Origin: Geosiphon pyriformis uo1 | Lineage: Eukaryota; Fungi; Glomeromycota | NCBI GenBank assembly: GCA_016748015.1 | Contig: JAAOMT010000283.1 | Span: forward strand, 252,108-316,107 | Length of the DNA stretch: 64,000 bases | Reading direction: 5' to 3' | Shown here: in pieces, positions 1 through 11,500 of the stretch | Layout of the letters: every line of letters begins with the position of its first letter | Position numbering within the stretch: the first letter of the stretch is position 1 | Program-made: the position numbers and the translations under genes | Notes under the pieces: model-generated | The model's input: the letters and a program-made list of their open reading frames with translations, nothing else | The model's database searches: none | What the model was told of the DNA's origin: nothing

Positions 1-935
1 ACCTGCCTTATTTGGTTGGCAAACGTTTTCTGAAGACGGGTGGTACCGCGGTTTCTGGTAATTCTAGACACTTTGTTCGTGATGTTTTCTGTTTGGTTCA
101 TCGCACTCACTGGGAGGTTGGATCTGGCTCTTGGGTTGTGGCAGATGATTTGCGTACTAATATTAATTGGTCCAAGTCTTCCCTGGTGTGGCATCCTGAT
201 TCTCACTTGGCTGCTGGTTTCACTAGTGCATGTATGGCTGGCTTTTGGACTTATTTTATGAAGGCCCTTCATTGTCAGCTCCCAATTGCTGTGCATAAGC
301 ATTTGTATGATAGGGGGTACCCCAGTGTAGTGTATTTGTATTCATGCTTCAGCTTGGGCGGCTCTTTCTGGTTTGTCTTGGTCTTCTTTGTGTGTCTTGC
401 AGCTGTTGGATTCCTGTGTTTTCAAGGTTGGTGTTGGTGCTGCTCTGTATAAGGGCCTTGTTTTTAATGATTGGTATCATGAATCTGTCTCAGTTTTCAA
501 GGATTCTGAGGTTGGGGCTAGTAAAATTGTGGATTTTGTACGTGGATTCTGTCTTGCGTTTCGAGATGACATTTGGTTGGTCCGCACCAGGCACCGAATG
601 TTTATGGAAAAACACGGTTTGATTCCATGTGACGGCTCCACTCCCACTTTGGTTTCTGGTTTGTCTATGGTTTTTTTAGCTGGTGTGATTAGATTGCTAG
701 GTGTGGCTGAGGCTTTTGGAGTTGGTTTCAGGTTTCATAAGTTTTGTTCATTTTTTTCAGGTACTGGGGATTTGGTTTCTGTGCATATAGGTATATAGTG
801 TAGTTCTGACTGGTCCGAGTGGCTGGTCACATGTAGAAAGTGCATGATTCGCTCCTAGTTTAGATCATTTGTATGATGTAAGACACTAGGTTGCATTTGG
901 ACCTCACTTGTTAAAATAAAAAAATAAAAAAAAAA
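1..935 (+). mobile_element. LINE-1 copy: 3' end of an RNase H-type non-LTR retrotransposon (cut by the window start), decayed
   Basis: Translates to the ORF2 C-terminus homologous to 8527..10491 (WHPDSHLAAGFTS...LVSVHIGI*, stop at 798). Conserved 3'UTR follows, then an A-rich tail at about 913-935. Confidence 0.9.
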
Positions 936-2820
936 TTGCAAATTGTTTTAAAATATTTTATTTGTTTTAAAAACTTAATTAATAAAAAATTTGAAATATT
1001 TAAATATAAAAAAAAATTAATCAAATTTTTAAACAAATTAATATTAATTATACAATATATTGCAAATTGAACAAAAAAAAATAATTACTATGTTTTATCT
1101 AATATATCAAAAATATAATAAAAAATATAATATGATATTTTTTTTTTATTTGTAATTATTATTTACAACAGTATTTTATTGATCTTATTAACTCAATTAA
1201 AATAAATTGAAAAACATTTTACCACTTTTTTTATAAACTGCTTAATTTATCTTAATTTTTAAACATATGTTTTTTTATATTTTTTTTCACAATTTTCAAT
1301 AAGATTTAAGTCAAAACTATTAAATAATTAAGTTATAATTTTAAGCATATTTTTTTAAAAAAAAATTTGGCTAAATAACTTGTGTGCTTTAAGTTATTAT
1401 TTTATTAAAACTATTATTTATTTCTTAATATTTTTCTTATCTTAGATAAATATTTACAAAATAATTTTTACATAAAACTTACCATTTATTATTTAAATAA
1501 AACTTATTTTTTTTTCATAAAAACTATTTTATGCTGTAATTTTTGTTTAATTTTTTAATATAACATAAATTGATTATTAGTCTTTATATTAATATTTTAC
1601 TGTATTTTAAAATAAACCAAAAGCTGTTTTATTTAAAAAAACAGTTTTTTTTTAATTATTATTAAGATGTTTTTAAGTTTATTTTACATAATTTTTTTGT
1701 GGAAATTAATAAACATTAAAGTTGTTAAAAATAAGTCTTTATATTTATATTTAATTATATTTTTTTTTGCTAATTTTATTTTCAAAGTTCTTAAAAATAT
1801 TATTTTATATTTATAATGCATTTTTTTTTATTTTTTATAGCTAATTATTTCTATTTATATGTTTTATTATTCTTGTTTTTTCAAGTTTTTTAAAAATATT
1901 ATAAATAATAAAGTATAATATATTTGTTTGTTGTTTTATTTTAATTGTATTTTATATTTCTTTATTCTAAAAATATAATATGGTTTAATATTATGTTTTT
2001 TGTTGATAACATTGTGCAAGAAAATTTCTAAAAAATTATTAATAAAATACATAAAAAAATTTATTATATTTAGTTATTTATCTTAATATTTACTTTTTAA
2101 TTTAATTATTACAAATTAACTAAAATTGATTAAACTGTATCAAGTTTTGTAATATGTATTTTTATTCAATTTTTTTGTAATATACTGTAAAATTATAATT
2201 TAAATTAATTTTATCTTTTTAGTTTTTTTATTTAATTATTATATAAATCTTAACAAAAAGCTATTTTTTGGTAATAAACTTTATTATAACTACACAAATT
2301 AAGATTTTTTTGACTTTTTATAAATAATTAAATACATAATAATAAAATAATTATTTTACATAAATTCATATTATTTTAATTAATTTATATATTATATATA
2401 TTTGGTTAATTTAATATTGTTTTTAATATATTGCTTAAAAAATTTTAATTGAAAATTTTTTTTAATCAACAACCAAAAATTGCTTTGAATCTATATATGT
2501 AAAATCTATATATTTAAAATATTTTATTTAACTATTTTTATTATTGTTTTTTTAATTATATTAACAACATTAATAATTGGTTTTTTGGTTTAAATAAAAC
2601 ATAAAATTTACAAAATTACAAACAAAAAAGTTTATTTGATTTTTTTAATGCAACATAACATTAAAAATATATAAAAATATTAACTTGAATCATTTTTTTC
2701 TTAAGTATTTGCATATTATTTATTTTAAAAACATAATAAACAAAATTTTTACTTTATTTTTTTAAAACTATTTCTAATTGTACTATATTAAGAAAAACAA
2801 AAATAACAAACTATAAATTA
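936..2820. other. Extremely AT-rich non-coding tract
   Basis: Almost devoid of G/C, rich in homopolymer runs, no ORFs in the track. Confidence 0.7.
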
Positions 2821-3027
2821 CACTATTATTGCTTTGGACTTATAATGGTTTCCATTTCGTAATGTATGTGTCGATCTCTGAATTATGACAGTTGCTCAAA
2901 ATTTTCAATTATAAAAAAACGTTGTGACTAATGAATAAATGACGCGCAAATGCCAAAAATTTAAAATTCAAAGAATTCAACTCTGATAATAATAATAATC
3001 TAAAAGTTAATATTTGTAAATGTCTCA

Positions 3028-4193
3028 CTATATTATATTTTCGTCTCTGTATTCTTGATTTGTCTTGATTTTATTTTCGGCTAACTGTGTTAATCCTTCC
3101 TTCCTTGTTATTTGGCCCACATAACCAATCTCTTCTCTGGCTTTTGTAGCGTCCAATCGTAGATCTCGATGAAGACATATTAAAGGTTCTCTACTCATTC
3201 CTTCAAACACCCATTTTTTACCATAACCTAAAAGAGGAATCCATTCGACAAGAGTGATTCCTCCAAATACCAGCCATCGAGGTAATCGAAAATTGGAAAA
3301 TGGACGCGATACATGTTTCAAATCATATGCAGCACCAACATATAATTCTGTGAAATCTTCCACCTGGATATCACCTTCAGGATCCTGAAACTCGTAAATA
3401 ATGGAAGGAAGTAACTCGCTAATAGTGGCACAATAGACTGCCTCACACGCGTTTTTAATATGCTGAGTGGATATTGGGTAGGCAGTTGGACTAATTTTCC
3501 ATATCGGGTTCCTTGATAAATCATATAATTTCGGCAATAGCACATTATCATCATTTCCCCATAACCAACCTAATCGAAGAATTGCTACGTCACGAAGTGA
3601 AGCTTTAAGTACAATATCTTCTGATAAGCATTTTGATTTTGAGTATGGTGCCCAGTCAGGTAAAGACTCTTTTGGGTAATGAGCACTCAGAAGAGCAGTA
3701 AAGGAAGAAATATGTATAAAACGTGGAGGTTCAACAGAAGCAGGCAGGCTGCTCAGAATAGCGACCAAAAGTTTTGTTCCTTGTATATTAACTTTTTCAA
3801 AATCTTCAAAATAACCCCAGGAGTTTACCTATAGATGAAAAAGGAGAAATATATGAGATTTGAGAAATTGAAAATATGGCACCAGAAATCATTTTGCTAA
3901 AAACCTAAAAGTTTTAATCTACTATATACCTTTGCAGCCATGTGAATAACAATATCAACTTCATTAACCGCTTCTCTCAATAAATCTTCATCAGTTATAC
4001 AACCTCTTATTATTCGGATTCTTTCCTTGCCATTTTGCACCTTCTCTGCAGCCTTCAATATTTCGTCGTCGGCATCACCAGAGCGTGAGAGAACTAACAA
4101 GGAAAGGTGGTAGTCTTGGGAAAGGGAATACTCTATAAAGTTACGTCCCAGGAATCCTGATCCACCAGTCAGAAATATTTTCATTTTATTCAA
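3028..4193 (-). CDS. NAD(P)-dependent epimerase/dehydratase (extended SDR, 3-beta-HSD-like), 2 exons: 4193-3930 and 3828-3028, about 354 aa
   Basis: TGGSGFLG Rossmann motif. Splicing a 101-nt GT..AG intron (3929-3829; AAG|GTATAT...CTATAG|GTA) gives in-frame HMAAK-VNSWGYFEDFEKVNIQGT, then FIHISS and the catalytic YSKSK. No internal stops; CpGs retained. Confidence 0.9.
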
Positions 4194-4290
4194 AGGATGA
4201 AACAGTACCTTTTTTTGGAATAAGTCTAAAGATGATAAGAATATATCACCTGATAAATAAACAGTTAATTTCCATAATCTTCGTATGATT

Positions 4291-4313
4291 TTATTATTAT
4301 TATTATTATTATT
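4291..4313. repeat. (TTA)n microsatellite upstream of the SDR gene
   Basis: ttattattattattattattatt. Confidence 0.8.
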
Positions 4314-4446
4314 TTGGAAAATATATTATTACAAACTAGAATAAATAATAATAAAACTCAGTTTAAATTAAATTTGTTTTTAATTTATATTTATTATAAA
4401 TTATAAAAATAAGAATTATTTATAATAAATAATAAATATCATATAA

Positions 4447-4496
4447 CATTATGACTAAAACACATAATTTTTATTAATATTACATGTATTAACTAG
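4447..4496 (+). repeat. 5' piece of a degenerate family-A-like LTR, interrupted by element C and resuming at 7749
   Basis: cattatgactaaaacacataatttttattaatattacatgtattaac aligns with the A LTR start tgttatggttgaaacccataatttttattaattattacatgtattagc. Confidence 0.6.
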
Positions 4497-5605
4497 TATT
4501 ACTCATAAAATATAGGAAGTATATTAGCATATAAATTAGCCAATCATAGGTAGACGTAGTAAATGTGGAATTCCAGGATTCCTCTCAAAGGAATTGCAGG
4601 ATTCCAGGAATTGCAGGATTCTTACACGAAGAATTGCAGGATTTCAGAATTCCAGAATTCCTCTCAAAGGAATTGCAGAATTTCAGGAATTCTAAGATTC
4701 TTGACATAAAGAATTGAGGAATTGAGGAATCTCAAATACATATATATAGCAGTAGTATCAGAAGTTAGAAAATTAGTCAATAGGACTTAGAGTCAATTGA
4801 TTTACAGAGTCAATTAGACTCATAGAATCAATTAGACTTGCAAAATCATAATTATTAAAATTACAAAAAAAAGAATCGCCACCAAAACTTCTTAGCTTAG
4901 TTATCACAATCCTCAAATAAATAATTATTCGCTATATCAAATTTATTTTCACTATCAATACTTCATGTTAATAGTAACTGCTACTTAACCATACTGGAAC
5001 AATAACTCTTGATTACAGCTATTAATGGACTACTAACTTGCAAATCGCCTTGGCTTATTTCTTACTTTCTTTTTTATCTTTTCTTTATTTTTCTTTGTTG
5101 TCTACTAACTTGATTAAAGGATTTACTCTTGGAGAACTTATGGAGGAATAAAACTTATTTAAACAATATTTACTCTTGGAGGACTTACAGAGGAATAAAA
5201 CTTACTTAAACAATACTTACTCTTGGAGGACTTATGGAGGAATAAACTTGCTTAAACAATATTTACTTTTGGAGAACTTATAGAGAAATAAACTTGCTTA
5301 AACAATACTTACTCTTGGAGGACTTACAGAGGAACTGACATCAGAAAACAGCACTAGTATATACTTACAAAAGATATTGTACTAGGAGAATCATCAATCA
5401 TCAAGCTGAGCAAGCAATCGACAAAACTATGGTTTCAAGAAACTACTGATAAACTGTTACCATTGAATCTCTGTTCATTATACAAAAAACTTGATTAGAA
5501 AACCTTCAGATAAAATACCTTCAGATTATCATTGTTATCAATTGCTTTGCATACCAAGTTATGGGTTTGTTATTTACTCAATACCCCAAAGAATCACCTG
5601 TAACA
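4497..5605 (+). repeat. Element C 5' LTR (1109 bp), with GAATTCCAG-type repeats and a 46-47 bp tandem array (about 5122-5335)
   Basis: Direct repeat of 6731-7744. Confidence 0.92.
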
Positions 5606-5607
5606 TT

Positions 5608-5624
5608 TGGTGCTTCCTGTGAGG
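5608..5624 (+). promoter_or_regulatory. Primer-binding site of element C (TGGTGCTTCCTGTGAGG)
   Basis: TGG-starting 17-mer 2 nt after the LTR; same as the family A PBS. Resembles the complement of the 3' end of an elongator tRNA-Met or tRNA-Ile; the tRNA identity is inferred. Confidence 0.75.
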
Positions 5625-6299
5625 TATAATCCAACAGAAAACCAGTACCAACAACAACCATGCAAAAAAGTGGCAGACCAAGAGAAAACAAGAGAAAATC
5701 ACTTAAGATTCGTGAAATCTTTATTTTACCATTACCTTTAAAAACCTCATTAAATTAAAACTCTGTTTATTCAAAATCCAATCATTAAAACCCTGACCAT
5801 TTGAAATATACCATTGATAAATTTATTAAAAACTTGTTAAATTAAAAACTCCAATTATTTAAGACCTGATCTTTAAAAGTCCGAACATTCGAAAATTACC
5901 ATTAATAAATTCATTAAAAACTTGTTAAATTAAAACTCTGATTATTCAAGACCCGATTGTTCAAAAAACCCAAACATTCGAAACCTAATAATTCCAACCC
6001 TGCTATCATACAAAAAAACTTACTATCGATAAAACTCATTAAATCTCTAGCAATTCAAACTCCAGGAATTATTCAAAAACCCGAACATTTAAAGTCCAAT
6101 AAATTTTAAACCCCACTATCATACAAGGAAACTTACTTCCAATAGTCCAATAAAACCTAATTCTCACAATACCAATAAATTAGCAAAACTCACCTAACAG
6201 TCCTGAGTCAGAATATTGGGACATAGTCACAATCTACTCCCATGCATCATATATTCAAAAAAGAGCCAATCAGCAAGAACAAATGGAAATTGGAATTGG

Positions 6300-6465
6300 A
6301 ACTTAATCTTGATTCAAACTCTGCTGATAACAGCAACAATTCAAACTCTGCTGATGACAACAACAATTCAAACTCCACTGATAACAACAACAATTCAAAC
6401 TCCACTAATGACAAATGACAATTTAAACTCTGCCAACAACAATTCAAACTCTGCTTCAAACACCA
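6300..6465 (+). repeat. ~27-bp tandem repeat (TCAAACTCTGCTGATAACAACAACAAT) in the C internal region
   Basis: About 5-6 imperfect copies visible; they explain the low-complexity ORFs 6216..6629 and 6247..6459. Confidence 0.75.
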
Positions 6466-6730
6466 AACAATATATCACACTTTTAGATCTTACAATGGAG
6501 CAGAAATTAACTCAATTCAGTAATAATAATGAGGGCATTATGTCTGAACATGCACATAATACAGATGCAAGATTTGAATGTAGATATTCTGGACAGACTA
6601 TTACAGTTAAAAACCCCAGTCACATATAAAATTAGATTTACAAATAGCAATAGAAATTATCACAACAACATTGATACAAAAAAGAGATTTAGAAGATTTC
6701 ATAAGAGCTCAATATTAAAGGAGGAAATAA

Positions 6731-7744
6731 TGTTACTCATAAAATATAGGAAGTATATTAGTATATAAATTAGCCAATCATAGGTAGACATAGTAAATGT
6801 GGAATTCCAGAATTTCTTTCAGAGGAATTGCAAGATTCCAGGAATTGCAGGATTCTCACACGAGGAATCGCAGGATTCCAGAATTCCTGACATGAAAAAT
6901 TGAGGAATTGAGGAATTTCAAATATGTATATATAGCAGTAGTATCAAAAGTTAGAAAATTAGTCAATGGGACTTAGAGTCAATTGATTTGTAGAGTCAAT
7001 TAAACTCATAGAATCAATTAGACTTGCAAAATCATAATTATTAAAATTACAAAAAAAAGAATCACCACCAAGACTCCTTAACTTAGTTATCACAATCCTC
7101 AAATAAATAATTATTTGCTATATTAAATTTATTTTCACTATCAACACTTCATGTTGATAGTAACTGCTACTTGACCATATTGAAACAATAGCTCTTGATC
7201 ACAGCTATTGATGGGCTACTAACTTGCAAATTGCCTTGGCTTATTTTTTACTTTCTCTTTTATCTTTTCTTTATTTTTCTTTGTTGTCTACTAACTTGAT
7301 TAAAGGATTTACTCTTGGAGGACTTACAGAGGAATAAAACTTACTTAAACAATACTTACTCTTGGAGGACTTATGGAGGAATAAACTTGCTTAAACAATA
7401 TTTACTTTTGGAGAACTTATAGAGAAATAAACTTGCTTAAACAATACTTACTCTTAGAGGACTTACAGAAGAACTAACATCAGGAAACAGCACTAGTATA
7501 CACTTATGGAAGATATCGTACCAGAAAAATCATCAACCATCAAGCTGAGCAAGCAATCAACAAAACTACAGTTTTAGGAAACTACTAATAAACTGTTACC
7601 ATTGAATCTCTGTCCATTATACAAAAAACTTGATTAGAAAACTTTCAGATAAAATACCTTCAGATTATCATTGTCATTAATTGCTTTGTACACCAAGTTA
7701 TGGGTTTGTTATTCACTCAACACCCCAAAGAATTACCTGTAACA
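6731..7744 (+). repeat. Element C 3' LTR (1014 bp)
   Basis: Preceded by the purine tract aaaggaggaaataa; TGTTAC...GTAACA ends. Confidence 0.92.
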
Positions 7745-7748
7745 CTAG

Positions 7749-7870
7749 TTAATACATATATTTAGCCATTTTATTTTTAAATAAAATTATTAATCTGATT
7801 ATTGACTTAATTATTAATTTAATTAACTAATCATTAATTTAGTTATTAATTTGGTTATTAATTTTTTTAA
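7749..7870 (+). repeat. Continuation of the degenerate family-A-like LTR, including a decayed 12-bp array
   Basis: ttagccattttattttt...attattaatctgattattgacttaattattaattt matches ttagccactctattttt...gatcattgacctgatc after C>T/G>A changes. Confidence 0.55.
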
Positions 7871-8526
7871 ACTATAACTTCATTAATTACAAAAAAACAA
7901 TTAAGTACAAAATTAAAAATAATTATTTATTGAATTTATTATTATTTTTTTGTTTATTTCTTATTTTTACATATCTTATCTTTTTTTTTCTTGATTTATA
8001 TTGTTAAAATTAGTTTGAAATTTTATTTATTTGTTTTGTAATTTATTAATTAAAAAATACAATAATACTTTATTAATTTTAAAAATTATTAAAATAAAGC
8101 ATAAAATAATAACAATAATATTTAATTATTTATATAAATTTGATTTACTTTAAACTTTTAATAATTTTTGTTAATTTATTTGTAAATTTTATTAATTTTA
8201 ATATTAAACAGATTATTTATATTAATTAAAACAAAACAGTCTAATAATTTGTGGTAAAAAACTCATTAATATTTATTTTTAAATATCCAAACAAATTAAG
8301 TAATTATAATTTTAAAACTAATTATATATATTAAATCTTTACAAATTTAATTTGTTTTTTTAATTATTTATTATTTTTTAATTTATTATTTTTTTTTATT
8401 TTTTTTTATTTTAACGAGTGAGGTCCAAACGCGACCTAGTGCTATATATCATACACATGATCTAAACTAGGTGCGAATCATGCGCTTTCTACATGTGACC
8501 AGCCACTCGGGCCAGTCAGGACTACA

Positions 8527-11500
8527 CTATACACTTATATGCACAGAAACTGGATCTCCAATACCTGAAAAAAATGGACAAAACTTACGAAACCTGAAAC
8601 CAACTCCAAAAGCTTCAGCCACCCCTAGCAATCTGACCACACCAGTCGAAAACACCATAGGCAAACCAGAAACTGAAGCAGGAGCGGAGCCATCACGTGG
8701 AATCAAACCGTGCCTTTCTATAAACGCTTGGTGTCTGGCCCAGACCAACCAAACATCATCCCGAAATGCCAAACAAAACCCACGCACAAAGCTCACAATT
8801 CTCCTAGCACCTTCCTTAGAATCTTTAAAGACTGAGACAGACTCACGAAACCATTCATCGAAAACAAAGCCCTTATACAGAGCAACACCAACTCTGACCT
8901 CAGAAACACAAGAAGCCAAGGCCTGTAAGACACATGAAGAAGAGCGAGAAAGACCAGAAAGAGTCTCCCAAGCCAAAACATGTGCACCCAACAAACGAGC
9001 ACAGCCAATGACATCCTGAGGACACGAAAAGACATGATCTGAGGTCTCAACATCACCACAAAACAGACAGACCACACTGGGGTATCTCCTATCATATAAA
9101 CGCTTGCGCACTGCAACAGGAAACCAATGATGGAGAGCCTTCATAAAGTAAGTACGACAGCCTGCCATGTGCATGCTGGTAAAACCGGATGCCAAATGAG
9201 AATCGGGGTGCCACACCATAAAAGACTTAGACCAATTGATATTAGCACATAAACTATCATTCACAACACAAGAACCAACTCCAATCTCCCAACAAGCTCG
9301 ATGAACTGACCGGAAAACATCACGAACAAAGTGTCTAAAGTTACCAGAAACTGCCATATCACCAGCATATAGAAAATATTTACTGACTAAATGAGGTAGG
9401 CGCCAAGCAGAGAGAGCAGTGCCTTTGGCAAGCGTATTAGCATGTTCGTTGCCTGAGACACCTGAATGATCTTTCACCTTAACCCAATTCACATCCAAAT
9501 TCTTTTGATGAATGATAGTGGCAATGTGATGATGCTCAATCCAACAGCGATTCCTAAAATCCGGACGAGCCAGCGAAGACTCCGACCTATATACATCCAA
9601 AGCAGCCTGGCTATCCAAAAACAAGTCAATTGAACGAGAAAAAGGAACACACTCAAGGGCCAAAGCTATGGCTTGCAGTTCTGTCAGAGTAGAAGAAACC
9701 AAACCAGACACCCCTACACCCAAACCCAATTTAATGTCCTCAAAAAAAATGGCAGCACCTGCTCTCATGTCAACAGTGCCCAGGCCAGAAAGAGATCCAT
9801 CCGTATACACAGAAAGGCGGGCAGCATCAATGGTTGGCAAAGTGTCACGAATCACACCAAAATCATGAGAAAGATAAATATTAGACACAGCATGACCATC
9901 CACCAAAAAGGAACTTAAAGAGAGAGGCACAATGCTACCAAGAAAGCAAATGGAAAGATTAAACCAGAAAGGGACTGGGCCACGAGGGTTCAGTCTCTTC
10001 CAGCGCCTGAAGGTCCCCCAACTAAAAACATCACCATTATGGTCACAAAGCTGTTCCATGAAAGCAACTCCATAACGTTTGAGCGAAGAGACACACTTGA
10101 AAAAACAGGATTCACCAAGAACCAAAGACATAGGAGTACTGCACCGATGACAAAAAGCACAAGCTAGAGGGCCTCCCAAAGACAAATCACACCCAGAAAA
10201 AATACGAACCACACCCGCCAAAAAATTATCTGAGGGACTGATACCAACACGAGCTGGAAACAGCAAGGGATGACGAGGACACCAGCTGAGAACCTGGAGG
10301 TCATGAGACCTATGAGAAAACAAGCGACCCAAGACACCAGTAGAATTTGCAAAAGCAACAATGGAGGCCGATTTACTCTCAGCCTGGATCTGTTTGAAAG
10401 TTTTTAGATTGTACAAAGAGGAGTGATGAAGTGCATCACTGGGAAAATCACGTGGCAATCCAGACTTGGACTTGAAAACCTTGCACACCAAAGCATCCTA
10501 TTTATTACACACATCAACAGAAATGAAACTGAACTGAGTCCTGTAGCTGATGATAGGAAAAAGAACTGCAGACACCAAATATGCATACTGTTTGTTCGAA
10601 ATCGCCTTTCTCAAAACAAGATTCACAAAAAACCATACATCGCCTAAGCTTTAGCCAAGCTAGGCTTCGAAAGACCCTCTGAAGACAAAAAAATACCCAA
10701 ATAATGATGAGATTCCTCTCTCTTGGCAATGAAAATAGGTGCACTACTGATAGTTAAATGAGGATCCAGCACCCAGCAATTGATGGGAATGGCCACTGTT
10801 TTGTCATTGTTTACAGAAATATTGTTAAATCTAAAAAATTCACTAGCAACATCAAGGATGTGTTGTGTAGCAGCCTGGCTGCTACCAACCCAAATAGTAT
10901 CGTCGACAAAAGCGCTGGCAGCAAAAAACGAAGACAGCCCAGCTTGAGAATCCACCCGGCCGGTTCTTGATATGAAATTAGAATTCAACCTGTAGCCATA
11001 TACACTATCCTGTCTCTTGATCTCACACAAAAGTGAATCATAAAAAATATGCCAGAGAAGAGACAAGAAGACTTCTCTTTGGTCCAGCCCATTGTGGACA
11101 CAATACCCATCAGTCAAGCCAAAGTCAGTCATCACTCTGTTGACGCGACCATTGTGAATACTGCCAAAAAATCTGATAAACCTGTCACACATTTTGATCC
11201 TGACTAGACTCCTCCTAAGATGTTTCCAACCCACCAAGTCATAAGTCTTGCACATGTCCTGTAAAACCAGCCAAAGTTCACAGTTCTTCTCCAAAGCATC
11301 CTCAACCACAGAACCAATAGCAAAAATGGGAGACTGCATTGTCATACTCTTCAAAACTGAAAAATTGTCCCCACGAAGAACATCAAAAGTGCTGCAAGCC
11401 AGAGAGATCCTATCCAAAAAGATCTTGGAGAGAATCTTGTGGGCCGTTTCAATTAAAGCTATAGGACGGGTGTTTGTGAGGACACTCTTCCATTCATATA

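Larger units (their letters stand above)
4497..7744 (+). mobile_element. Element C: internally deleted, non-autonomous LTR retrotransposon
   Basis: Two ~1-kb LTRs (4497-5605, 6731-7744; T(G/A)TTAC...GTAACA), CTAG target-site duplication (4493-4496 and 7745-7748), PBS and PPT. The 1.1-kb internal region lacks RT and IN. Confidence 0.92.

Noticed and set aside
800-912. Hammerhead ribozyme in the LINE 3'UTR (CTGA...GAAA)
   Set aside because: The core CUGANGA is not matched (CTGACTG) and the three-helix junction cannot be built; reported only as a hairpin.
5122-5335. 46-47 bp repeats as a CRISPR array
   Set aside because: Head-to-tail units without unique spacers, inside an LTR and duplicated in the partner LTR; eukaryotic context, no cas genes.
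6216-6768. ORFs 6216..6629, 6247..6459 and 6529..6768 as genes
   Set aside because: Produced by a 27-bp tandem repeat and a deletion junction inside element C.
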